A stretch of DNA of 64,000 nucleotides from Promethearchaeota archaeon (GTDB taxonomy: Archaea; Asgardarchaeota; Lokiarchaeia; Sigyniarchaeales; SOKP01). The notes under the pieces are model-generated. The model did no database searches. It saw nothing but the letters and a program-made list of their open reading frames with translations, and was not told the origin of the DNA. Shown here piece by piece: positions 49,041-58,502 of the stretch (position 1 is the stretch's first letter; the number at the start of each line of letters is the position of its first letter). The stretch lies in the NCBI GenBank assembly GCA_048938005.1, contig JBHLMQ010000010.1, positions 32,001 to 96,000 of the forward strand, in the 5' to 3' direction. The position numbers and the translations under genes were made by a program.

Positions 49041-51146
49041 GTGCATAATAGTATGAAATATCGCCGTCTTCTCGTAATTTGTTTTATTATGTTGTTTTCT
49101 ATTCAAAAAGTGCCAATAAATCAAGCGACACAAAATTTTTTTGAAAGAGATTCTGAACAAGTTATTTCTCAGGAGATAAGATCTTCAGCTAATCTCGTCC
49201 CACCTAAAGTATTGAAGTATATTTCACCATATCCATCAATTGAATATGATATGATTGGACATTATTCATATATCGCTACACTAATTTTCGATCCTTTGGT
49301 TGAATATTCATTTGATACTGGAGAACTTGTTCCAGCTTTAGCTAGACAGTGGGTTGTGACAAACGATAGCAAGCACTGGATTTTTACACTCAGAGACGAT
49401 GTAAAATTCCATGATGGAACAACATTTAATGCATCAGCGGTTAAGTTCACTTACGATCGATTTATCGATCCAGCTCATCCTGCTTATGTAACTAATCCAA
49501 TTTCCGAGCTAGGTGAAATGCCATTAGAGTCTGTTGAAATTCTAGATGAATATAGAGTATCTATTAATTTTAACCAATCATATGCACCTTTTATATATCA
49601 GGAAGCCGCTTATTGTGGGATCTATTCGCCTAACAGTTTTGAAGGAGGTCCGAATGTTATTAATCCAATTGGAACAGGTCCTTATTATTTAGATAAGATT
49701 GCGAGTAATTCAACCTTTCAAAAATTTATCCGAAATGATCAACATTTTCGAGGAGTTCCACCTTTTGAAGAAATCCAATTTTTCACTTATAGTTCTTGGG
49801 GGGATTTTCAAGCGGCAGTGGAAGCACATAACGGAGATTTCACCACTAGAGGTGTGAATTCGTTACTGGAAAACGATACTTACTGGCAAGAGTCCTTGGG
49901 TCCTGATGGGATACAATATGGATATTTCAATCATCTTCATCCCATTGTAGATGACCCAAATGTAAGAATAGCCATTAATTATGCTATTAATAATCAATTA
50001 TATGTCGATCAAAATTTATCACGTGTTAATAAGGGGATTAAACCGCTTCGTAGCGTTATTTATTCCGGAGATCCAAATCATAATGAATTAATTCAAGGTT
50101 ATCCATATAATGTTAATTTAGCAAATAGCATATTAGACAGTGCAGGATATTCCCCACTTGTCGATGGGTATCGATTTGATATTGAACTCGTAGGATTGAA
50201 CTCTGAATTATTAGAAGCAATTAAAACAGATCTTGATCAGATTGGTATTCGTTGTAATATTGTTTCTGGTTGGCTTCCTGAGCTTTATGCGGGAAATTTT
50301 GATATTTTTATTTTTGAATGGGCTGTAATAATGGATCCTAGCCTAACCAGAAAGTTACTTCATACGTCCGGTGATATTAATTATGGAGGTTATTCAAACT
50401 CTGAAATGGATCTTTATACAACTTTGGGTCAACAAACACCTGTTCGACAAGAGCGTGAATATTATTATTTTCAGGTGCAGCAAGTTGCTCAAGAAGAAGC
50501 TCCTCTTCTTTTAATCCAGGAAACAAAAAAGATTTATTTAAGATCAAATCATGTAATCTCTTTTATTCAAATGAGTAAGGATGGACGAATTATTTTTAAT
50601 TATTCGACTCAAAAGCAAGACACAGATATCTATAAAATGGAAGAAATCGAAGTATCTTCTGATTCAGTTTACTTTCCCTTTACGGATGGTGTTGTCACTT
50701 TAAAAAACAACCAGATTGAAGGTAACATGACAATGACACATAAATTAACGAATCTTATTCCTGATCAACAAGAAACAGGTAAATTTTATGAGTTGCAAGT
50801 TAATAACTCTGATTTGGATTATAAAGTACGGTGTTATTATGATTTAGATGAAATTTTCTATACGGATCCTCTTAAAGAACAAGAAGTCTTTGAATGGAAT
50901 TATACTACCCAGTCCTGGAACAGATTGGAAATTATCACTTCAAATACTAATCTTCGTTTTTCCGAAATTCAATTAAAAGGAAGTGCAATTCTTCGTCTCG
51001 GTTATATAGACTTAATTTTACTGACCTATAAATATCTTCCAATTATTCTAATCATTATCGGGCCAATTATCGCTTTAACAAGTATAATTATAGTTAAAAA
51101 TCGGAAATTAATGAAGAAAATCAAAGAAGAGTATGATTTATTATGA
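49041..51146 (+). CDS. Orphan family 5 substrate-binding protein with extra C-terminal beta domain and TM anchor
   Basis: LVPALARQW, LRDDVKFHDGTTFNASAV, IGTGPY, VRIAINYAIN; C-terminal TM. Confidence 0.88.
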   Translation: MHNSMKYRRLLVICFIMLFSIQKVPINQATQNFFERDSEQVISQEIRSSANLVPPKVLKYISPYPSIEYDMIGHYSYIATLIFDPLVEYSFDTGELVPALARQWVVTNDSKHWIFTLRDDVKFHDGTTFNASAVKFTYDRFIDPAHPAYVTNPISELGEMPLESVEILDEYRVSINFNQSYAPFIYQEAAYCGIYSPNSFEGGPNVINPIGTGPYYLDKIASNSTFQKFIRNDQHFRGVPPFEEIQFFTYSSWGDFQAAVEAHNGDFTTRGVNSLLENDTYWQESLGPDGIQYGYFNHLHPIVDDPNVRIAINYAINNQLYVDQNLSRVNKGIKPLRSVIYSGDPNHNELIQGYPYNVNLANSILDSAGYSPLVDGYRFDIELVGLNSELLEAIKTDLDQIGIRCNIVSGWLPELYAGNFDIFIFEWAVIMDPSLTRKLLHTSGDINYGGYSNSEMDLYTTLGQQTPVRQEREYYYFQVQQVAQEEAPLLLIQETKKIYLRSNHVISFIQMSKDGRIIFNYSTQKQDTDIYKMEEIEVSSDSVYFPFTDGVVTLKNNQIEGNMTMTHKLTNLIPDQQETGKFYELQVNNSDLDYKVRCYYDLDEIFYTDPLKEQEVFEWNYTTQSWNRLEIITSNTNLRFSEIQLKGSAILRLGYIDLILLTYKYLPIILIIIGPIIALTSIIIVKNRKLMKKIKEEYDLL

Positions 51147-51712
51147 CATCTGAGAAAGTAGAGCAAAAATCTGAAGATTTTGAGTTAGAATCAGAATCTA
51201 CATACCAAAATGAAACCAAGCATATACTATTAAAATCTGGGATTAAAATAAAGCCTGTTTATCTTAGCAAGGATAAAGTATTACAAGGTAAAGCTCTTCA
51301 AATCTATTGGTACATTTTAACCCATAAAAGCGCAGGAGTAAGGGAAATTCAGAAATCATTGGATTTTGCCTCTCCCGGAACCGTATCGTATCAATTAAAA
51401 AAATTATTGCAAGCAGGAATTATATTAAAAAAGGAGAAAGATGGAAAATATTATCTGAAGAAAGAATCAAAAAAAGGATTGTTAGGATTTTATATTCGCG
51501 TTGGTTATTTTCTAATACCCCGATTTACATTATACTTAATTTTTTATATTCTGGGTTTTATAGTATATATTTTTTTTGCATGTATTTATGGTGACACTTT
51601 TATTTTAAATCCAGGTGGTTTACTTCTATTATTTTTCTTGATTTTTGGAACGGCTATATTTATGTTTGAATCTATCAAAATTTGGAAAACTAGACCAGTA
51701 AAATTAAAATAA
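51143..51712 (+). CDS. Membrane-tethered winged-HTH regulator (paralog of 45990..46562)
   Basis: GKALQIYWYIL..GVREIQKSL..SPGTVSYQLKKL; two TMs; ATGA overlap with the upstream gene. Confidence 0.85.
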   Translation: MTSEKVEQKSEDFELESESTYQNETKHILLKSGIKIKPVYLSKDKVLQGKALQIYWYILTHKSAGVREIQKSLDFASPGTVSYQLKKLLQAGIILKKEKDGKYYLKKESKKGLLGFYIRVGYFLIPRFTLYLIFYILGFIVYIFFACIYGDTFILNPGGLLLLFFLIFGTAIFMFESIKIWKTRPVKLK

Positions 51713-51793
51713 GAATTAGTTTTATTTCATTCAACAGTTATAGGGTTTATTAAATCTAGAAATGAAATATTTGAATGAATTAAAACAAAATAT

Positions 51794-53113
51794 TCATTTA
51801 TTTTTTGTTTTTTTCTTGCTTTCTAATGCATCTTTTAAAAGCTTGATGGCACAAAATTCGCCACACATGCTACAAACTTCATTATCGATAGAATTTCCAT
51901 TTCTATAATGAACCTCCCTTGCTAAATCCGGATCTATGGAATGTTTAATCATTCCCTCCCAATCCAAATTTTTCCGAGCAATATCCATCTGATAATCCCA
52001 TTTTGAAGCTCTTCTGCCATATTTAGCAACATTAACAGCATGAGCAGCAATTTTAGAAGCAATTACTCCTCTTTTTACTTCTTCCTTTTTAGGAAGACCT
52101 AAATGTTCTGAAGGAGTTACATAACATAAATAATCAGCTCCCGCTAAACCCGCAATAGTTCCACCAATAGCACTAACGATATCATCGTATCCGGGGGCAA
52201 TATCTGTAACTAATGGTCCTAGTACATAAAATGGAGCTTCATCACATAAAGATTTTTGAATTTTAACATTTTGTTCGATTTCATGTGCAGGAATATGACC
52301 TGGACCTTCAACCATAACTTGGACATTACTTTTCCATGCTCTTTTAACTAATTTTGAGATTTCAATTAATTCTTGTATTTGAACATAATCAGTAGAGTCA
52401 AAAATACAACCAGGTCTAAATCCATCTCCTAAAGATAAAGTGAAATCAAATTCTTGAGCCATTTCAAGTAAATAATCATATCTACGATTAAAAGGATTCT
52501 CCATCTCATTTTCTAAAATCCATGAAGCTAAGAAAGTTCCACCCCTTGAAACGACCCCCATTGTACGTGGATGTTTAACCAAATAATCTACAATTTCTTT
52601 TGTGACTCCAACATGGATGGTAAAAAAGTCAACACCTTCATTTGCTTGCTCTTCTACAACATTGAACATGTCATCTTCATCCATATGAATAATGGCTCCT
52701 TTGGTTTCTATAGCTCTCAAAGCAGTCTGATAAATAGGAACAGTACCAATAGGAACTTTAAGCTCATTAAGTATTTGTTTTCTAATTGTTTGGACATCCG
52801 ATTCGGTTATACCAGTACTTAAATCCATCACAGTATCAGCGCCATATTTAACTGCGATTTTAGCTTTTTCTAATTCTTCTTCAATATTACAAACAGTTTT
52901 AGAAGAACCTACATTTGCGTTGATTTTTACTAATAATCCTTTACCAATACCAATAGGCGGATCTAATTCTCTTCTATTGGATTTAGGGATTATAATTCTT
53001 CCTTTTTCAATACCTCGCTTTATGAAATCAACATCAACTTGCTCATTTTTAGCAACTATTTCTATTTCTTTGGTAATGTTTCCGTTCCTAACAGTTTTTA
53101 TTAATGTTGACAA
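51794..53113 (-). CDS. thiC: Phosphomethylpyrimidine synthase
   Basis: KINANVG, GADTVMDLSTG, SRGG, EGPGH, PGYD, CYVTPSEHL, CSMCGEFC. Confidence 0.96.
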   Translation of the reverse strand: MSTLIKTVRNGNITKEIEIVAKNEQVDVDFIKRGIEKGRIIIPKSNRRELDPPIGIGKGLLVKINANVGSSKTVCNIEEELEKAKIAVKYGADTVMDLSTGITESDVQTIRKQILNELKVPIGTVPIYQTALRAIETKGAIIHMDEDDMFNVVEEQANEGVDFFTIHVGVTKEIVDYLVKHPRTMGVVSRGGTFLASWILENEMENPFNRRYDYLLEMAQEFDFTLSLGDGFRPGCIFDSTDYVQIQELIEISKLVKRAWKSNVQVMVEGPGHIPAHEIEQNVKIQKSLCDEAPFYVLGPLVTDIAPGYDDIVSAIGGTIAGLAGADYLCYVTPSEHLGLPKKEEVKRGVIASKIAAHAVNVAKYGRRASKWDYQMDIARKNLDWEGMIKHSIDPDLAREVHYRNGNSIDNEVCSMCGEFCAIKLLKDALESKKKTKNK

Positions 53114-53237
53114 TACTTAGACCTGTCTACTAATAATATTTCATAAATCATTAAAATATATACTCTATGACAAAATAATAATGATAAAATTATATTCTTT
53201 TGTCTTATTATTTAAAATTTCTAAAGTAATAAAAAAA

Positions 53238-53708
53238 TTAATCATATCCAATCTTTAATTGCTTTAGAAGTTCAATTAAAGATTCAGTTAATTTATAATT
53301 TTTAAGTTGATTAAAAGGAACAAATCTGGCATCAATTGCGTCATCCGCTGCCTTAGGTGGTTGATTTAGATCTCCTTCTATTTGTTCAACAAAATAATTG
53401 ATTAAAACATAATGATATTCAATTTTTCCAGAATTATCATACATAATTTTATTAATAACACCCGCTAATTTTGAAACCTTTACTATAAATCCTGTCTCTT
53501 CAAAAGCTTCTCTCTCTGCTGCTGCTTCCACCTTTTCTCCAAGGTCTAAATGGCCTCCAGGAATGCTCCAATACCCAGCATCAGGATTATATTTTCTCTT
53601 AACTAATAATAAATGATTATCTCGAACTAATAGAACACCCACACCTATATGTGGACGCACTGGGTATTTTCTTGTATCAAAAGCACTTAGTTCTTCTCTA
53701 TCAACCAT
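53238..53708 (-). CDS. Nudix hydrolase
   Basis: PGGHLDLGEKVEAAAEREAFEETG Nudix box. Confidence 0.92.
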   Translation of the reverse strand: MVDREELSAFDTRKYPVRPHIGVGVLLVRDNHLLLVKRKYNPDAGYWSIPGGHLDLGEKVEAAAEREAFEETGFIVKVSKLAGVINKIMYDNSGKIEYHYVLINYFVEQIEGDLNQPPKAADDAIDARFVPFNQLKNYKLTESLIELLKQLKIGYD

Positions 53709-53747
53709 AACTTTACATTTTATAACATTTTTTAATTATTAATACGA

Positions 53748-54278
53748 TTGGAAAATTTTAAAGATTCATTATTTGATGACTTTCTTATGGTGCGCCCATG
53801 GTATTGGCCTGAGGGAGGACAGCCTCATCGCACAGAACCTTTTACTTGGATTATTAAGAAAAAGATAGCTGCTTCTTGGTGGCCGGATATGTCATTAATC
53901 AAGAGATATAAAGAAGAAAAAATTAAAGTAGTTATAAATTGCTCTGAATTTGATAATAGAAACGATATCCAAAATGATTTTAAGTATTATCATATCAATA
54001 TATCTGATTTTGGGACTCCAACAGATTCTCAACTAGAAAAATTCTTAGATATTACGAGTAAATATGGAGCTAATGGAGATCCAATAGTAGTCCACTGCGT
54101 AGCAGGTTGTGGAAGAACTGGTATAATGATCGTAGCTTGGGCTACCTTTAATGGCTATATTCCAAAAGGGTTGGATCCAGTAAAATGGATTCGAAAATTT
54201 AGACCGTGTTGCTTAGAAACGAAAGAACAAATGGAATTAGCACGAAAAATAGCTAAAAAGTATAGAAAACAACTTTAA
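53748..54278 (+). CDS. Dual-specificity/Cys-based protein phosphatase
   Basis: DFGTP acid loop, VHCVAGCGRTG CX5R motif, IRKFRP..LET.EQ. Confidence 0.9.
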   Translation: MENFKDSLFDDFLMVRPWYWPEGGQPHRTEPFTWIIKKKIAASWWPDMSLIKRYKEEKIKVVINCSEFDNRNDIQNDFKYYHINISDFGTPTDSQLEKFLDITSKYGANGDPIVVHCVAGCGRTGIMIVAWATFNGYIPKGLDPVKWIRKFRPCCLETKEQMELARKIAKKYRKQL

Positions 54279-54356
54279 TGTAAAGTATTTAAGACTGGAA
54301 TTTATTTTATTATTAAGAATATAATATTTTTAATGCAAAATTATCCTTAATATTGG

Positions 54357-55526
54357 ATGCTTATGCAAAAATCAGACTATATTTATATGATAACTGATAA
54401 TATCATGGTATTTCGAATTAATCTGCCAACAGATCTTCGAGGAAATCAATTGCGCGAGCATCTAAATAAATATGATGAAAAATATCTAAAAATTATTGCT
54501 GGTTTTGATAAAAATTTTTTAGAACACTTCCTAATAATATCGAAGGGAAGAACTCAAGATGATCTTGCTGAAGTTCTTAAGAAAATGGAAAAAATTTCTT
54601 TTATGATTGGCCCTAAAGGAAATTTAAACTACGTAACGTCCAATCAAATACAACATATTCTTACTAAGTTAAGTTCTTTAAATTTAAATGAAATCAAAGA
54701 AGCGAAAATTAGTAAAATCGCTGATGAGCAAATAGAAAAAGAGTTTAGTACATCATACAGTACAACATCTGCATTAGAACAACAACTTGCTAGTGCTGCA
54801 TTTTACCTGGAGTCAATTGGATATTCAAATCAAGAAATAAAGGAAAAATTTGATGAAGTAAGACAAGATCCTTCAAAATTAGATATCTTATTTACGTTAC
54901 AACCTAAAGAAATTTATAGTATGCCCCAAGAAATCCAACCAAGGCGCACCCCCCCATCAAGACCTCAAAACGCTTCATCCGCTCAATCTACCTCTATTGA
55001 AAGTAGTCAGGAAACTCAAAATGCTATTGAGCAACATGTCAGCTCAATTGAACATGAAATAACAGGGGAAAGAGCAAAGAAAGTTGAAGAGATTATGGAA
55101 CTTATAAAAACTCATGTTAAAGATAACATGAATCAGAGTTATGAAAGAGTCTTTAGACAGATCCACCCCGATAGGTTAAATCGAGCTTTCAAAATGTTAC
55201 GGGATACAAAAAGAAAATCTAAAAGAATGACACTTTACTTAGAATGGTTCTTTTGTTCACATCTTTTATCTAATATTGAAGTGAAGGTGGAACATTGGCA
55301 GACTAGTAGTGCAGCAGGTCATGGAAGTACAGGAGTATATACAGCAGGAATTAATTTTGGACGTTATGATCAAATTATAAGAGAGTTTCCAGATAATAAA
55401 TTAGCCAAAGTTATTAAAATTGCAAGAAGAATTTTACAAAATCCCACTAAGAAAGCAATTCAAAAGCTTGGACAAGATCTCATTGCAGAAACAGGTTTTG
55501 ATGAGCACCTCTACTTCACAGATTAA
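54357..55526 (+). CDS. Hypothetical soluble protein with Ser/Pro/Gln-rich linker
   Basis: 389 aa ORF; family not recognised. Confidence 0.7.
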   Translation: MLMQKSDYIYMITDNIMVFRINLPTDLRGNQLREHLNKYDEKYLKIIAGFDKNFLEHFLIISKGRTQDDLAEVLKKMEKISFMIGPKGNLNYVTSNQIQHILTKLSSLNLNEIKEAKISKIADEQIEKEFSTSYSTTSALEQQLASAAFYLESIGYSNQEIKEKFDEVRQDPSKLDILFTLQPKEIYSMPQEIQPRRTPPSRPQNASSAQSTSIESSQETQNAIEQHVSSIEHEITGERAKKVEEIMELIKTHVKDNMNQSYERVFRQIHPDRLNRAFKMLRDTKRKSKRMTLYLEWFFCSHLLSNIEVKVEHWQTSSAAGHGSTGVYTAGINFGRYDQIIREFPDNKLAKVIKIARRILQNPTKKAIQKLGQDLIAETGFDEHLYFTD

Positions 55527-55564
55527 TAAAAATTGAGAAAAAAAAAGATTATATTGTATTATAG

Positions 55565-56110
55565 TTACATATGTTTTGTTTTTAGAGTTATCTCTTTACC
55601 TTTCATTCGAGCATTCTGTTTCAACAGGTTTAAAACTTCTCTTGCTTTCACTGTTTTGTAAAAGCGGAACTTCCATGATTGAACAATCTTATTGCTTTCC
55701 CGATCAATAAATCCCAGTCGAAAGAGTGTATATTCTCTGGAAATAGCTGATGTAGAGGGGAAATCTATAGAAAATTCTCCTTTTGCACTAATACGTAGGA
55801 TGTCAAAATCATCCCATCTAATTTTAATTTCTGAATGAGTTTTTTGGAGTCTTATTTCCTCTGCAGAAATAATGAATTTTTTTCGTAAGTTATTGAAATA
55901 TCCTTGATATGATAAAAAGGTGAGAGGGCAAAGAATGAGTACACCTATTCCTATAAACATTCCAATCATATCTATTAAAAGAACACCTAAAGTAATGATA
56001 AAGATATAGAAAAAAACAGTTACCGCAAGCAGGGAAATAACACGGAAATAATTTGTTTCAGCTATTTCAATTTCATCTTTTTCTTGATCATTTCGTTTAA
56101 TGATTATCAT
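55565..56110 (-). CDS. 2-TM membrane protein with a possible bacterial-PH-like C-terminal domain
   Basis: Two TMs, then FIISAEEIRL..IRWDDF. Confidence 0.65.
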   Translation of the reverse strand: MIIIKRNDQEKDEIEIAETNYFRVISLLAVTVFFYIFIITLGVLLIDMIGMFIGIGVLILCPLTFLSYQGYFNNLRKKFIISAEEIRLQKTHSEIKIRWDDFDILRISAKGEFSIDFPSTSAISREYTLFRLGFIDRESNKIVQSWKFRFYKTVKAREVLNLLKQNARMKGKEITLKTKHM

Positions 56111-56156
56111 TTCTTTTAATGATTAAATTTAATCTTATAAATAGTTAACTAATCAT

Positions 56157-57785
56157 TTAATAATAAGATTTATGAAGTCTTTTATAAACAGTTTTCCCTC
56201 TTATTATTGTTTCAAGAACTTGAATATTTCTAATCTCATTAATGCTTATTTCAAGTGGATTTTTATCCAATATTATCAAATCTGCAAGTTTTCCGACTTT
56301 TATACTCCCCTTAATCTTTTCTTCAAATGCAGCATAAGCAGCATTAATTGTATAGGACTTAAGCGCTTCTTTCATACTTATACACTCCTTAGGAATGAAA
56401 CCGTTTCTATTAACAAGAGCATGAAGCCCTAAAATAGGATTAGGATCTTCAACGGGACAATCTGATCCTGATGCAAGAACAACTCCACCATCAATGATGG
56501 ATTTCATGGGATAAGTATATTTACAACGCTCTTTACCTAATCTCTTTTCTAACCAAGTGTATTCTGAATTAATAAATGGTGGTTGACATGAGGCAATTAT
56601 TCCATTATTTTTCATATCTTTTATAACATCCTTAGTCAACATCGAAGCATGTTCCACTCGGTGTCGATGATTTTCTCTTGGATATTCTTTTAAAAGTTTT
56701 TTATACAAATCTATGCAAATTCTATTGCCTCTATCTCCAATAGCATGAATAGCGATTTGAAATCCATTATTGTGAGCTACTTTCATTTTTTCATAAATTT
56801 TATCTTCATCAATCACACAAAATCCGCATGAATCGGGAGCATCAGAAAAAGGTTCATACATACATGCAGTTTTTGCTCCAAACGTACCATCAAGGAATAA
56901 CTTTAAGCTACCAATTTTAAATTTACTATCTTCTTTACCACCATCTAGAGGGGGTTTCTTTAATTTCATAAGTTTCTCTGGTTTGTCAGTAGAAATAAGT
57001 GCGTACCAATTTTGCAGTATTTTATCTTGAATTGATTTATAAATTGGTATCTCAATTACTCCTAAATCCCCTCCTTTTCCTCCTTTACCAAATTGAAGAT
57101 TTCCATGAATAGATGTAATTCCATTTTTCGCGAACATTTTAAAAGCTTTAATAGCAGTTTCTTGAATTACTTCGGATTTGGGAATTAAAAATTTATAGAT
57201 CTTTGGAAGTAATTGGTCTAAAGCATTTTCAGATATTACTCCAGTTAATTTCCCTTCCTTATCTTTTCTGATTTCAGCCCCTTCAGGAACGATTGTTTCA
57301 GAGTTGATGCCTAATAATTCTAATGCTTTCGAGTTAGCAATACCTATATGACCGTCGTATCTTATGATAAATACTGGATTATCAGGGCAGGCTTTATCTA
57401 ATTCCCAACGATTAGGCAATATTGGAACATCAAATTCTTCTTCTTTTAACTTTAATCCAAATATAAATTCTCCCATATCTTTTTTTTTCGCAGCTTCTCT
57501 CAAAATATCTTGAAGTTCTATTAAGCTTTTGACAGAAGAAAGATTAAGATTCAATAATAAGAACATAAATGTAATTGGATGCATATGGCAATCTATGAAA
57601 CCAGGAAGAATTGTGTTATCTTTCAAATCTATCAGTTTGAAATCATTACCCATTTCGTTTTTAATATCTTCGAAATTTCCTACGGCAATAATTTTTTCAC
57701 CCTGAATTCCGATAGCTTCAACAAGCGGCTGTTCCTCATCCATAGTGATAATAGGACCATTAAAATAAATTTTTCTTTCAACCAT
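56157..57785 (-). CDS. Amidohydrolase family 3 (YtcJ-like)
   Basis: PGFIDCHMH, KLFLDG, HAIGD, RVEHAS, GSDCP, GKLAD. Confidence 0.92.
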   Translation of the reverse strand: MVERKIYFNGPIITMDEEQPLVEAIGIQGEKIIAVGNFEDIKNEMGNDFKLIDLKDNTILPGFIDCHMHPITFMFLLLNLNLSSVKSLIELQDILREAAKKKDMGEFIFGLKLKEEEFDVPILPNRWELDKACPDNPVFIIRYDGHIGIANSKALELLGINSETIVPEGAEIRKDKEGKLTGVISENALDQLLPKIYKFLIPKSEVIQETAIKAFKMFAKNGITSIHGNLQFGKGGKGGDLGVIEIPIYKSIQDKILQNWYALISTDKPEKLMKLKKPPLDGGKEDSKFKIGSLKLFLDGTFGAKTACMYEPFSDAPDSCGFCVIDEDKIYEKMKVAHNNGFQIAIHAIGDRGNRICIDLYKKLLKEYPRENHRHRVEHASMLTKDVIKDMKNNGIIASCQPPFINSEYTWLEKRLGKERCKYTYPMKSIIDGGVVLASGSDCPVEDPNPILGLHALVNRNGFIPKECISMKEALKSYTINAAYAAFEEKIKGSIKVGKLADLIILDKNPLEISINEIRNIQVLETIIRGKTVYKRLHKSYY

Positions 57786-57790
57786 TTTTG

Positions 57791-58369
57791 CTATTTTCTC
57801 CTTAGTTTTAATTGTATTTCTCGTGTATCAGCATACTGATTAAGAAATGTTTTAAGAATCTTTGATTTTGATTTAAAATCTTTTCGATCAATTCCCTCTT
57901 CTTTAATTTGTTCCTTACTTTTAATTAAAGATTCTTCTAAACCCTCAATTGGAAGTAAAGCAGTAGCAATGCAAAAGAAACTCTTAGATCTGCCCTCATT
58001 AAAGTTTTCTAACATATTCTCAAGAATTTCCATCCTTTCATTTTGCTGAGTTTTAAAATTTTCAATACCTACTTCTTTTATTAATCTCAAGTTCAAAAGT
58101 GATACTTGATGAGATATAAAGGAGTCATATTTATCCCATTTATCTATTTTAGAACATGGAAATTCTGTGCACTCAGCACATGTCTCAAAGCTATGTGTTT
58201 TTACGCAACATGTAATTATTGAACATGATGGATGCTTATTATAAAAGTTAGGACCACAACAACCAGGACATCTTGAAGGTCCTTTAGTATAATAAACTGG
58301 ACATAACCCACAATCTAATCCACAGCAAGCGATGGTGGGATTCTTCTTTTCTGGATATTCTCGAGTCAT
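57791..58369 (-). CDS. DUF3795 Cys-rich protein
   Basis: CCGLDCGLC, CPGC, C.I..CC, CAEC.EFPC, NEGRSKSFFC. Confidence 0.8.
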   Translation of the reverse strand: MTREYPEKKNPTIACCGLDCGLCPVYYTKGPSRCPGCCGPNFYNKHPSCSIITCCVKTHSFETCAECTEFPCSKIDKWDKYDSFISHQVSLLNLRLIKEVGIENFKTQQNERMEILENMLENFNEGRSKSFFCIATALLPIEGLEESLIKSKEQIKEEGIDRKDFKSKSKILKTFLNQYADTREIQLKLRRK

Positions 58370-58502
58370 TATTAACTGTTATAATTGTAGAATTTGATAC
58401 TTATTACATAGATTTTAAGAAATAAAAAGGTTATAAGAAAAGTATTAAAAATATGAAATAATTCTTAGGATTAATCAATAGGGAAAAATGTGAAATTTTA
58501 AA

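Noticed and set aside
53114-53237. TPP riboswitch upstream of thiC (also checked upstream of thiD)
   Set aside because: AT-rich, with no recognisable CUGAGA/aptamer core
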